Shown here piece by piece: positions 34,153 to 46,234 of a DNA stretch of 64,000 bases (the first letter of the stretch is position 1; the number at the start of each line of letters is the position of its first letter). The notes under the pieces were generated by a model that did not search any database, was not told where the DNA came from, and saw only the letters and a list, made by a program, of their open reading frames with translations. The position numbers were made by a program, and so were the translations under genes. This DNA is from Pachysolen tannophilus NRRL Y-2460 (taxonomy: Eukaryota). The stretch lies in NCBI GenBank assembly GCA_001661245.1, contig KV454012.1, positions 1,910,418-1,974,417 on the forward strand, in the 5' to 3' direction.

Positions 34153-35831
34153 ATTTAATTGCCTGCTTAATTTTTCCAAATACTCTAGTTTGAGGATTGG
34201 GACTTAGTTGGATATATCAAAAAAAAAAAAAAAAAAAACTTTGAACAAGAAATGAGCGTATATTTTTAGCTTCAAATTAAGAATCATCACCATTCATTAG
34301 CTTGCTAAAATCACATATATATATATATATATATTTCTTTTAATCTTAGCCCGCTAGATTTACTGTCATTAAAGCCTTATCGTTTTTCAAAAAGTTTTAC
34401 AATATTTTATGTCAACTATTTTTCAGTTTTCCGTGGTTGCCTTTAAGGTTCTCGTAGTGCTGTTATCGGATTCCAAATTTTTTCACCGATCCTAAAAGAT
34501 AAGGGAGTCCAAACCCGCTCACCAAGTAATATCTTATTGGTCTTCATCGCTCGCTCGCTACCTTGATTCTAATTCATTTTCACCTGAGAAACTATCTCAA
34601 TTTTAAAACATTATAAAAGCATTATAAAGCATCTTTGACAGTCTAGGTAGATGAGATCACAAACCTTGGATCTGGAAAGTTTCTTCTATTGCATTATCGG
34701 CTATCAAAAAGATATAAAAGACAAATTAACTTGTTGAAGTAAGGCCGCTCTTACTAATTTTTCACCTTGTAGATTTTTTTCCCCAAATAATACAAAGTTT
34801 CCATACAGACAATAAGCAAATTGTGGTTTGAAAACAACATCAATTTTCATTTAATTTTCTTGTCAATTTGAATTTATTTAATAGTTTAATGTTTTTTTTG
34901 CTTTCCCACTGAAAGGCCCATTCCAGGATATAGTGATGTTGTTCGTATTTCATTTCCATGTTGTTTTCTCTTGCGAGTAATGGAACTAAAAAATATATTC
35001 AAGATATATTCACCTTATTGATCGGAGTTTATTTTCCAGAAGATTAAGTACCATAATCCATAATCCATAATTTTATAAGTTTGATTTCTTTTCTCCGTTA
35101 AATTAAACCAAATGAAAATGTGTTGAAAATGAGCTTAAACACTTGTTTCTCTTGTTTCCGAGGAAGAGAAGAGAGCATATATCATTGATGGTATAGCATT
35201 TCGAATTCTATGGCGGAGTGAGTAACTAGCATTTGCTGAGTTTATGTGGTAGAAAATGGTAAAAAATGGTAAAAAGGTGTACTCATGAGGTGAAACTTGG
35301 ACAGTGTTAATACAGTTGGATGCTCGATTCGACACTGGATAATTCAATTTGATGGCGAACAGAACAGGTGTTTTTATCTTTTTGATAATTTTTTGGTTTG
35401 CGCCATTAATTGGTAGTAGAGCATCAAGCGAGGCATTATCATTTTGAATTCCATTCCCACCAGCAAGATGTTCACAGTTAATTAATGGATCCTATCCCTA
35501 CAATAGTAATGGTTTAGCAATCAGGGATAGGATAGACTTGACAGCTTTACAAAATATTTTATTATATTGTAGAAAAAACTAAAGAAAACACCATACACAC
35601 CATTGAGAAGTGATAAAGCTTAAGAAAACAGTCTGACCGTCCAAGAAAGGTACGGATTAATGGTAATAAAGAAAATTGATACAGCAGACTGGAACATCGA
35701 ACTGAAAAATCGAAATCAAAATCAAAGAAAAGATTAAAAAAAATAAAATAAAATAAAATAAAATAAAAAAAGAAATATAGAGAATTAAAAGCCAAATCAT
35801 CAAGAATTTATGGAGTTGGAATAGGAATAGG

Positions 35832-37475
35832 CTAGTGAGCCTTGAAACCATATTTATCAATCAAATCCCAATAGCTTTGGGCAGTCTTTTCCCGGAATTT
35901 TTTACCAACTGCAATCATAGCGAATGAAAGACCCCAGAAGAACATACCAAGAAATCCAATTGCGATATAAAGGTTTTGCACACCAACTTTTTCTAACCAA
36001 GGAGTAACAGCATAACTAAAACCAAAACCCATTGAGTTACGGATTAGGATCATAGTAACAAGACCATCTCCAGAGACTTCTTTATAACAATCAATAATGT
36101 AATTGATTGCAATTGCACTTCCCATTGGGAATGTAGAACAAATCATTCCTAAACCAAACGCGAGACCAATCCAATGAATGCCCTTAGCAGCACCAATACC
36201 ATACAAGAAACAACCAAATGGATGAATGATCATAGGTATGATTGATATGAATAAACGAGATTCTGGTTCTCTGTATCCTTCACTTTTACGTGCTTGTCTA
36301 ACTGTATATTGGTCTGCAATCTTACCAGAAAAGTAACTTCCAAGAGAAATACCAATTGCTGGACATATAAAAAATACACCGACAATATCTGCTGAAAAAT
36401 TATAAGGAGGATCACCAAGAACTGAAGCGATCGTTGCATTAACGACATTAAACCAAGAAAGAACGGCACCAACTGTGAGACCAGCGAATAAAATACTTGG
36501 ATATTTGACAAGGTAGAAAGGCATCCACATTGATTGGAAGAACACATTCTTTTGTCTTTTGTCTCTTGCTCCCCAAAGCTTAAGTTTTTGAGCAAAAGTC
36601 TTCCTTGTATAGGTTGCGGTGTTTGGAGTTTCATCACTGTTGACATTTTCAACATTAACTTTAGTATTGGATTTTTCGGACAACTTTGGTAATACATCTT
36701 GAGTTATTTCTTCGACATGGTCTAATTCCAAAATTGGATCACGATAGTACATCGTTTCTTCTAAACAGAAAAATAGGATAATCAAACATCCAGATGCTAT
36801 TATAGAGGCAATGAACTGAATCCATTGCCAGCCGTACCTGTCGGATATAAAACCAGCAACAATACCACTTAAAAATGGAATATTAAATAGAGTCCAACAG
36901 TACCACGCAATCCATCCACCACGTTCATGTGCGAAGAAGACATCTGAAATGCAAACTTCAATTAATGTTTCAATTGGTCCATAAAAAGTTCCAACTAATA
37001 ATCTGTTGATATACCATTCACCTGCACTTGTGACATACGCTGACCAAATAGTACATAGCATGCATGCTAATCCGCAAAATAAAATAATTGGTCTACGTCC
37101 GAATGTTAAACCAAGTGGTTGCCATATCAAATTAGACCAACCGAAGAAAAGGTATTGGATTCCAACACCTGTATTCAAATCAGTAAGCGATATACCGGTA
37201 TCTGCTTCGATGACAAGTAAAACAGCAGAAAGAGCAGTACTTAATATGTCCGCTGAAAATACTGCAAGCATAAGACAGAAGGCTAATTTCATTTTCCTTG
37301 GTTTTGACCAGTTCAATGGATCATCTGGATCGTCAGTTGGTTGAGGTACTAAAACAATATCATCACCTTCTTCATGTCTGATATCTAATGTACCCTCGAG
37401 ATCCACTAAATGAATGGTTCCTGGCACTTTTATCTCGTGGTTTACCTCTGGTTCTGCTGTCGACATGTCGGTCAT
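35832..37475 (-). CDS. HOL1-like major facilitator superfamily transporter (547 aa)
   Basis: PGTIHLVD...IVLVPQPTDDPDDPLNWS, FGRRPI, SDVFFAHERG, REPESRL and YIIDCY; about 12 hydrophobic segments. Confidence 0.93.
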   Translation of the reverse strand: MTDMSTAEPEVNHEIKVPGTIHLVDLEGTLDIRHEEGDDIVLVPQPTDDPDDPLNWSKPRKMKLAFCLMLAVFSADILSTALSAVLLVIEADTGISLTDLNTGVGIQYLFFGWSNLIWQPLGLTFGRRPIILFCGLACMLCTIWSAYVTSAGEWYINRLLVGTFYGPIETLIEVCISDVFFAHERGGWIAWYCWTLFNIPFLSGIVAGFISDRYGWQWIQFIASIIASGCLIILFFCLEETMYYRDPILELDHVEEITQDVLPKLSEKSNTKVNVENVNSDETPNTATYTRKTFAQKLKLWGARDKRQKNVFFQSMWMPFYLVKYPSILFAGLTVGAVLSWFNVVNATIASVLGDPPYNFSADIVGVFFICPAIGISLGSYFSGKIADQYTVRQARKSEGYREPESRLFISIIPMIIHPFGCFLYGIGAAKGIHWIGLAFGLGMICSTFPMGSAIAINYIIDCYKEVSGDGLVTMILIRNSMGFGFSYAVTPWLEKVGVQNLYIAIGFLGMFFWGLSFAMIAVGKKFREKTAQSYWDLIDKYGFKAH

Positions 37476-37643
37476 TGAATATCCTTATTATAATACAATA
37501 ATATTATAAGACTATATGTTTCTTCTAAAAAGAAAATAAACTAAGTTATATTACAATCACTTGCGAAAATAATGGAATTAAAAATTCATTTATAAACTTT
37601 AGCTTGAAGATATGAAAAATCAAGAAGACGTTTTGCTCATCAT

Positions 37644-38313
37644 AGTTATCTAGACAGAAGAAATCACAATAACGCTATTAGTTTAAAGATTTTTTTTCGT
37701 ATGCACATACTTCAAGATAAGACATTTAACGAGCTTCGTATTAACTTTACCCTTAATGTCATCTGGGTCCGGAGACTTATTTTTTGCTTATCAGTTATCA
37801 ATTTTTCCTTTATCACAGTTAATTCTGAAAACTGCATGTCGTCATTATCTACTCAACTTGTCGGATTCAATTATTCCTTGCAAAAGAAGACTAATCGAAA
37901 TATGTGCATTCCGAGCGCTTGTTAAACTCAAGTTGATACCAAATTGGGTTTCAGAGTTGTTTGTCTGACCAGTTCAAACTTCAAATTCAAGTTTTGTATG
38001 TATTAGGAAATTCCACATTTAAAGTTTCATGTGGAGCATTAAAAATACTGTCCTTATCTCTGCTTTACAGAAGATCAATTGTACAACGACGAACTTAATA
38101 AGGAAGGGAAACTGTGTCCTAAAAAGAACAATTTTATGGTATTTTGGATATGTGATTTACGATTGAATACTAATGAATGAGGAATAATTTACCTATATCA
38201 GCTATTATAATCCTTGATAACTGATTCTGTATGTTTTAAAGTTGGATTTAATCTAATTATACCAAGTTTTTCGACCACTAAAGATCAATATTAAGAGGGG
38301 GACACTTGATAAG
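37644..38313. promoter_or_regulatory. GATA-rich bidirectional promoter (nitrogen catabolite repression-type)
   Basis: GATAAG at 37716 and 38308, CTTATC at about 37787 and 38053, plus TTATC/GATAA at about 37646, 37795, 37810, 37845 and 38216. Confidence 0.6.
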
Positions 38314-38566
38314 CCAAATTTTGTTCAATAATCCAACAAAAAGGAATGAGATACGTCAGTTTCTCTTAGCTACGATTCAAAAAGTATAATAAACATACAG
38401 GTTTTAACGCTTGTACAGAAAAATTGTGCATTTAGGCAAAGTATTTTTTGTATCACTTCTTTAATCTTGGAAGAAAACATATTTAACCTTAAGAACATCT
38501 TGAGCGAATTTTTTAATTCCATTTCAGTTCTATAACTTTCTCCAACTGAAGAATCTGTTTTGAAAA

Positions 38567-40177
38567 ATGTCTATTGCTTATATCAACGGAGATATTTATA
38601 CTGTGGATGAGAACAGCTCTAGAGCTGAAGCTTTCATTGTTAATGCTGATGGAACTTTTGGTAAGGTTGGTACTACCGACGAAATTTTAGGCCTTGCAAA
38701 AAGCATAGAGGTAATTGATTTGCATGGTCAATTTGTAATGCCAGGTTTACATGATGCGCATTGTCATTTATTAATGGCTTCAGAAGAGAAAATTTTCCAA
38801 GCCAAATTAGGTTGTGATTTAGGTCCAAATGAAATTGTTAGTAAGCTTAAGGAATACCAAAGTGGAGCTTGTGCTCATTTAGAAACGGTTAGTAACTGGT
38901 TGGTGGGTAATTTTTATCATTACGCGAATTTTAAAGATGAAAAACCTGATAGGCAATTTCTTGATGATGCTTTCGGTGATCAACCGGTTGTTATCAGGGA
39001 GTATACTACTCATAATATTTTTGCAAACACTGCTGCATTAAGAGCTGCAGGTTATGAAGAAAATCCTAAAGATCCTTGGGACGGCTACTATGTTCGTAGA
39101 GAAGATGGTACAATTACAGGTGAATTAGTTGAAGGTGCTGCAACTAGAATGTTTGCTTCGTTACCAAAAGGTAGACCTGAAGACAACTTTAAAGCATTAG
39201 AATATGGTGTCAAAATGTCTAATCGTTTTGGTTTTACTGCGGTTCAAGAGGCATCGGCAAACACCGTTTATTTAGAGGCTGCCAAGAAATTGGAAGAACT
39301 GGGTAAACTTACTATCAATTTAGATGCACATGTTGTATTTTATGGTGTAGGCGCTTTCCCTCAAGAAAGTGTAGGTTCCTTACATCATACGCTTTATAAT
39401 GCCAAAAATTACAAAAGTAAACATTTTAACCCGATGTTCACAAAATGTTGGCTTGATGGTGTTCCATGGCATCCACATGAAACGCACTGTCCAATTAAAG
39501 GTGATAAGCCAGATTATGATAGATTATTGATTCCCCAAAGTACTTTCAAAAAGGCCATTGAGCGTTTTGATGCTGAAAACAGAACATGTAAAGTTCATGT
39601 ATGTGGTCAAGGTTCAGCTAGGTTTGCCCTAGATTGTTTTGAAGAATTACGTAAGATAAATCCAAATGGACCAAAACATGAGTTAGCTCATAATATGGAT
39701 GTCACTGAAGAAGATTGTAAACGTTACAAGGGTTTAAATATCACTGCAGAAATGAGTCCGGCTATTTGGCATGATCCCGATTTTCAACCAGAAACTAATC
39801 CTAAATCAGTTTATCCTTTCAATACTTTGAAAGATAATGGCGCTCTTATTACTATTGGTTCCGATTGGGTTTTTGCTCCTGATACTCCAAATATCTTTCC
39901 TGGAATTCAGGCTCTTACCGAAAACAAACATGGTTGGAATTTGAAAAGAGAAGAAGTTGCGAGAATGATTACAATAGATGGTGCTAAAGCTGTTGGAAGA
40001 GATTCTGCCGAAGGTAGTATCGAAACAGGAAAAATTGCCAACTTTATTTTATTAGATCGTGATTTCATTACTGCTCCAAGTATCTCTGAAACTATTGTCA
40101 AGAAAACATATTTTGAAGGTAAAAAAGTTTACGATTATGATACAGATGATCTCAAGCATTTGCAAGGAAAAGTTTAA
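38567..40177 (+). CDS. Metal-dependent amidohydrolase, amidohydrolase_3 / YtcJ-NfdA-like family (536 aa)
   Basis: NGDIYTVD, IDLHGQFVMPGLHDAHCH (HxH), H..FANTAAL, TGELVE, KCWLDG, VHVCG, HELAH, GSDW and GSIETGKIANFILLDRD. Confidence 0.92.
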   Translation: MSIAYINGDIYTVDENSSRAEAFIVNADGTFGKVGTTDEILGLAKSIEVIDLHGQFVMPGLHDAHCHLLMASEEKIFQAKLGCDLGPNEIVSKLKEYQSGACAHLETVSNWLVGNFYHYANFKDEKPDRQFLDDAFGDQPVVIREYTTHNIFANTAALRAAGYEENPKDPWDGYYVRREDGTITGELVEGAATRMFASLPKGRPEDNFKALEYGVKMSNRFGFTAVQEASANTVYLEAAKKLEELGKLTINLDAHVVFYGVGAFPQESVGSLHHTLYNAKNYKSKHFNPMFTKCWLDGVPWHPHETHCPIKGDKPDYDRLLIPQSTFKKAIERFDAENRTCKVHVCGQGSARFALDCFEELRKINPNGPKHELAHNMDVTEEDCKRYKGLNITAEMSPAIWHDPDFQPETNPKSVYPFNTLKDNGALITIGSDWVFAPDTPNIFPGIQALTENKHGWNLKREEVARMITIDGAKAVGRDSAEGSIETGKIANFILLDRDFITAPSISETIVKKTYFEGKKVYDYDTDDLKHLQGKV

Positions 40178-43100
40178 AAAGCTTTTTCTTCAGCTATGTA
40201 TATCGAGTTTATTTTTTCTTATTCTTCTTCTTTTTTTTTTTTTTTTAACTTTGCTACTTGCTACAATGCTTACTTAGTTCCTTAGTTCCTTAACTTTTTA
40301 TTTCGATTGATTTATTCATTTGAAGATCTCTCTTCATCGTTATAAATCAAAAATAAATTATACTTTTTTGAAGTTGTTCGCGAAAGCAAAAGTGTCTTAT
40401 CTTTAAACTATAAAATATTTCGTAAATTTTGAATTATTGAGCTGTTTCTAATGGTAGATAGATCAATAACCTGAATTATGTGATAGACAGTCAATGTTTT
40501 CGGTTTTCCCAAATTTTTACGAGCCAAGAAACACAGGTTATCTTGAAGTAAAAGTTTTGCGTAATCTTGCTTTGTTTTTTCTTTCGGCTAATGATAGTGT
40601 GTATTTTGGAACTACTGATAAGAAGTTGCATATATCTGCATCCAAAAAGATTCTCTTATGTAAATTTATTTAAATTGATAAATTATTATGATAGATCTGA
40701 TTAAAACAATTTCAATTATACAGTAACTGACTCTAGTTCAGCAGTTCCTTTCAAAAACAGACTTGTTTGAATATTAGGTTTGAAAATTCTTAATTTTTTC
40801 TATATTTTAGGAAAATATTTCCATTTCTTGAGATAAAAATATACGAAGATTGACCAAGAGTTACCATAACTCACTCATTGCATGTGATACGGGTTTAAAC
40901 ACTGTTTTGGGGAATATGATGTTTTGACCTTGACCAGTGTTCCAGTAAGTAAGTCTGTTTTATGGATATTTTGGTCATTTACAGAATTACCCCGAGCTAG
41001 ACTGTGGTTAACTTAGCCAGTGATTTCTCTCTTGCCTTGGATTTGTGGTATCTTTTAATTGATAGAAGCAAAAATAAAATTATCAAGATAAGTCACAATC
41101 TCCAAAATACTTTTCTTTTTAATCAAAGTAGCTAAATACCCTTTTAGGTGCAAAAACCTCAAACCCATTTTTGGGTATCACAAGAATTTGTGATAATTCA
41201 AACTGTAGATAACGATAAGAGAATATACAATCTCAATACATTCGTTAAATTGTTACCGTTTGAAGCAAAGTTTTTCAAGCAAAGTTTTATCTTTTACTTT
41301 TGAACCCAAATTGTTTGCTCTTTTATCTCAAAAAACTGATAAGAAAAACGCTTAAACGCTGTAGATGATTTACAATCCACTTTTCAATTTTTCAATTTTT
41401 CACTTTTTCACTTTTCTCTAATACAATGGAAACTATTCGAAATAATAACGGCCTTTCTAATGATCAATAAATTGCTATTTTTTATTTTTTTGCAGAGGTA
41501 TCGTTTGATAAAGATGTGTTTTATATGTTATGTGTGTTTTCTATGTCCGACGCACGATTATGCATATATATATATATATATATATTATTATTATTATCTG
41601 GACCCGTAAATAATACCATTTCGGAACTAGGTTACATTTTTGTAAATTACATTGCGGCTGCGGTTACAAATTCTGCAAACCAGAATTTTTCCAAACAGAA
41701 ACATTATAATTCAGCAATCGATCAGATAGAAACTGTTTAATTTTTGAAAAAATAATATCTTTATAGTTTAGGAGATACCGGCGAAGATTTTTTATCCATG
41801 AAAAGTATATATTCCAATGCCTATATTGGTCTTTAAAAACATGGTTTACCTTTTCGAAAATTGTTGACACAAAAAAAATGAAAAGAAAAATAGCTATTCA
41901 CAATTTTGAAATAAACTCAATTTTAATGAAAAATCTTCAGTGCTCCACGTAAGATATTAATTAAAAATGCATTGCAAAATGTAAGGAAAACTTATCTCAA
42001 ACAACTTCAATAATTGCTTTTTTGAGCATCAAAAATTTACCTAACAAAGAATAAACTATGACAATATAGAAAATATAGAATTCAGACCGTCAAATAGTCT
42101 GAAATAGATGCCAGTCTTTGAAAACGTTTTTTTTACAGCTTTCCAGAGAAACACTTTATTCTCAACTGGTTTCCATTTACCAGTCTCTAACATTTCCATA
42201 TTGTTCGGTAAATTCATATGCTACCAGAACTTTGAATAAAAAGTTCTAAAATTAGCTTTTTCAGTAACTGCCTCTTTCAACATTAAATTAAGCCCAACAT
42301 GACGTACCATATAAACTAGTTCTGGTTTGTTAAATAAGCTCAATATACAACCTTGAATAGAATCAATTGGAAAGCAAAGAGGAAGTTTAGTATTGTTTAA
42401 AACCAAATGTAGCTATAATTATAGAACGCTGAAAAAAAAACTACTAAAATATTAAAGATTAATGAACTCGTAAAAGCATCAGAAACCAATAAATTTCAAG
42501 ACCAAAAGAGCATCAAAAAACCGTTTCCAATATTAAAATATGAACAAAAGAAAGAAAGAAAGATCACTTGAATCTTGATATAAAAGTAGTTTCCTAATCA
42601 GGAAATATTTTTTGAGTCATATGCACAACGTACATGCAGGATTGAAGAGCAAATGACTGAGCGAGCATGTCTGGATGGATATCAATAATATACTAGTGAT
42701 ACGAAACCACTTCAATCTGTAATACAGTAATTTTAGAAAACATTTCCTTTCCATATACTAATGTGTAAAAAATTTAACCAGACTTTTTTTTTACCGATTG
42801 TGACAAGCTTTTCATTATTGTTGAAGGAGCCTGTTGCTTTATTTTTCAAAGCTATAGGAAGGACGCAAGGAAAGACCTTATCTAATTGTTTTTTTTTTAT
42901 TTTAGTTGTCAGAAAAGTGTATTCCAATTATAGCAAGATCCCATAATTATAGAAAAGTCCCTGGTTTTAATAGCAATCGAGATTTTCCCATAAAAAATCA
43001 TATCTCAATTTAAAGGACTGAAGTATCTAAAGTGAATAAGAGTATACTTAAGTATATACCTAATAAAGTACACTACTACTACATTAACTACGCATATTTA

Positions 43101-44508
43101 TTTGGTTGTTAATTGAAGATTTTAAAAAATTGCTAATTGCAAACAGTTTTCATCTGTTGCTAGGGAAGTAATTTTTTGTAACTGAATAAATTTGAGCATC
43201 TTAATTTCTCCTCTGCAGCTAAAAACCAGTAACTACGTAATCTCCCTCAATAAAAAAAAAACAATTCAAATAGAATCTTTTAATTAATTGCTTTAATTTT
43301 GAAAAAAAATTAGTACTATATATGAGATTTTTAAGATTTCATAAAGTAATGTTAGAATACATTTTAGCACCCCAATCTAAGCATAGCTTTAAGCGACTAA
43401 AAGAATTTCATAAAGTTAAATCCAACTAACTAAACTTTGATACAATTACAATCATAATGTTGATTTGAAATTGTTTTTTTGTTTTAAAAGGCGCTAAGTC
43501 TTATTTATTGCTTTAAAGTTGGATTCAATACTAACTCTACCTTGTAATAAGATCAAGTTGCTTTCCCCTACTTGCCCGTTGAAATTTCCAGCTTAATTTT
43601 TTTTTTTTCCTTTATGATCCACTGATCCACTGATCCACCCTTACAACAACGTTTTTTTATTATTTTCTTGGCGTGACTTGCTGGCTAATTTCATAGTATT
43701 CGGGAAACTTTTAACGGTATTAATCTATAACCTTTTTCAAAAAAAATTAGTGCGACAGAAAGTTTTCGAGTCTCATACCAATGTGCTACAAAGATTAAAG
43801 TAATACTGTCAAGCAAAAAATACGTAATATTTTTTTTTGTTATTATAAAGGGTTGAATTGAACTCCTAGCAAAGAAAAGTTATAGTTCGGCAAAAAATGA
43901 GGTTTGAATTTTTTTTGAGTTTAACCACTAAACTTTTAATTGTAGATAGGTAGATAGATGATCTATAATTTTTCAAATTGTTACTCATGAAGTCAGTCAT
44001 CTCCTAGATGTTATAGCCGAAAGAAAATAGCCGAGTTAATATTTGAAAATCAATTGAACAACCATCTTATCTGAACGTGGATCCCATATATATAAATAAG
44101 AATGTAGTCTAACAAGATTGTTCTTTATAAACTTGTATTCTTTAAAACAGAGAAGGCAAACAACTGTAAATATACTTTATTTATAACAACTGCATCCAGC
44201 TTAAACAAGAAAAAAAAATAGTAAAACTCCTTATACCAATAACAAAAGCGTCTAATTAATAAAACAATACTAAATTACAAAAAAGTTTATGATCTGAAAA
44301 ATGGCAAAAAAAAGAAAAAGTTATAATGGGAGGGACAAACAAAAAGTACCTGATAAAAAAAAAGAAAAAGAAAAAAAAACAGTACAAGTGCTGATTTGCT
44401 AAATGTAAAAATTCTTTCTATGGAAGAGCCAAAACCATTGAAGAGAACAAGAATCAAAAGTTCAAAAGCTATGGTATAGCTTGAGCTGAAGTGAAATCAA
44501 AAATTTAT

Positions 44509-45972
44509 TTAAGATGAAGAAACTGTTTCCTTTGGGTAATTGGAATCCATTTCATTGTGACTTTTATTTATAGACATTGGAATACTACCATTCTGAGGAA
44601 AAGTAGAAGACGATCCAGAAATTTGTGATTCTATATTTATCCCCGAATTGGACGAATGAATAAATTGTTGTTGATGTCTTTTCATCAGATCTTTTTCCTT
44701 TTTTATCTTTTGATTCCTTCCATGTAGTTTATAATGTCTCACCATGTTACTTCTTACCGAAAATTCTTTCCCACAACCATCCCATTTACATCTAAATGGT
44801 TTTTCTCCTGTATGAGAATATATATGAGTTTTCAAAGAACTTGGTCTCTTGAATTGTTTTTGACATGTGGGACAACGGTTTCTTGCTGCTGTTTCTGCTG
44901 ACATTCCATCTATTGTATTTCTTCTTTTTCTCTCTCTTGGCTGTTGTGCACTTATCATCGAAGGTAACTCACCTAACGATCCTGTATTAGGTATGAATGT
45001 GATGAAAGATGTATCTGGAAAATTAATCTCACGAAGAGGGGGTAAATTACTTGGTTGTGATGATGTATTATTATTAATATTAATACTATTAGCGGTAGAA
45101 TTAACAGCAGTAGCACCCGTAGATCCCAAAGTAGCTGTTGTTGTTGTTGGGTTTTGAAGACTTGAACCACTTCTTGCTGTTCCAGCTGTTGTTGGGATTT
45201 GTGGATATAGAAACGATCGATTTGCAGTATTAGCAGTAGAAAATGAATGTGAAGGGTACATCAATTGTGCCGAATTTTCATCAAAACTTCCATTTGTCGG
45301 TATACCAGAAGGTTGTGGAATAGCTTTTGAACTTCTTGGGGAAATATTACCAAAACTTTTCTTTAGCATTTGAGTATTATATACTGTTGGTAATACGACT
45401 TCTTCTTGTTCTGTGGGACTAAATTGTTGTGAAGAAGCAAGAGCTAATCCTTGAGGCTGTTGAACCACATCGTTACTTGGGGTTGCCCATTTCATATTCC
45501 ATTTATTAAATTGTTGCAGTTGCAGCAGCAGTTGCAGCAGTTGTTGTTGCAGTTGGAGTTGTTGTTGTTGTTGTTGTTGTTGTTGCAGCAGTTGCAGTTG
45601 CAGTTGTTGTTGTTGTTGACGGGGTAAAGTAGCGAAAGATCCTCTAAATTGAAGTTCCGAATTGTTTGGATAAAAGATTGTTGGTTGTTGTTGGAGCCCA
45701 GCTAATGCCTGATGGCCAAGGCCTGAATTATCTTGATAATTGCCAAAATTTTGGTTCCCCATCAGAGATGGGTGATAGTTCATCATTGTTGTCAACACTT
45801 GTTGATTATTGTTTGAATAGGAGGATGTCATTTGTTGTGATAATGGCGGTAAAGAATTTTGATTCAAAAAATTACTACTATTATTGCTGTTATTAGTATT
45901 ATTGTTTGTATTGTTATTATTGGTATTATTTGTTTGGTTGATATCTTGCTGAATTATAGGAATATATGACAT
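44509..45972 (-). CDS. C2H2 two-finger transcription factor (MtfA-like finger pair), Q/N-rich
   Basis: CPTCQKQFKRPSSLKTHIYSHTGEKPFRCKWDGCGKEFSVRSNMVRHYKLH; the upstream intergenic region is long (over 4 kb). Confidence 0.9.
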   Translation of the reverse strand: MSYIPIIQQDINQTNNTNNNNTNNNTNNSNNSSNFLNQNSLPPLSQQMTSSYSNNNQQVLTTMMNYHPSLMGNQNFGNYQDNSGLGHQALAGLQQQPTIFYPNNSELQFRGSFATLPRQQQQQLQLQLLQQQQQQQQQLQLQQQLLQLLLQLQQFNKWNMKWATPSNDVVQQPQGLALASSQQFSPTEQEEVVLPTVYNTQMLKKSFGNISPRSSKAIPQPSGIPTNGSFDENSAQLMYPSHSFSTANTANRSFLYPQIPTTAGTARSGSSLQNPTTTTATLGSTGATAVNSTANSININNNTSSQPSNLPPLREINFPDTSFITFIPNTGSLGELPSMISAQQPRERKRRNTIDGMSAETAARNRCPTCQKQFKRPSSLKTHIYSHTGEKPFRCKWDGCGKEFSVRSNMVRHYKLHGRNQKIKKEKDLMKRHQQQFIHSSNSGINIESQISGSSSTFPQNGSIPMSINKSHNEMDSNYPKETVSSS

Positions 45973-46202
45973 AACTCTCTCCGATATGAGAATTGAAACC
46001 TCTCTTTGTTTTCAATTTTTTTAATTTTTTTTCCTACTATAACTTGAGTTAGGATTATTTATTTCCTTGAAAGATTTGAATTCAAAAACATTAATATAAC
46101 AGGTGAATAAAATAGACAATCAAATTCATATATTTATACTTTCTGGAGAAATCATGTATTTTTTTTATCTAAGAGTATCTAGGCCTTTTCTTTTCTTTTC
46201 TT

Positions 46203-46234
<32 letters not shown>

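Noticed and set aside
35135..35490. ~115-codon stop-free stretch on the minus strand downstream of the MFS gene
   Set aside because: No suitable upstream ATG and no recognisable motif; it cannot be called a pseudogene without a homology search.
37476..37600. Polyamine-sensing PS* uORF like that of S. cerevisiae HOL1
   Set aside because: The only nearby upstream ATG gives MNF* next to the TATA-like element; there is no Pro-Ser-stop uORF.
22518..40177. A larger nitrogen gene cluster (NPR3, MEP2, MFS, amidohydrolase)
   Set aside because: Interrupted by unrelated genes (tRNA, ATG20, DUN1), and NPR3's position is explained by ancestral synteny. Only the divergent pair is supported.
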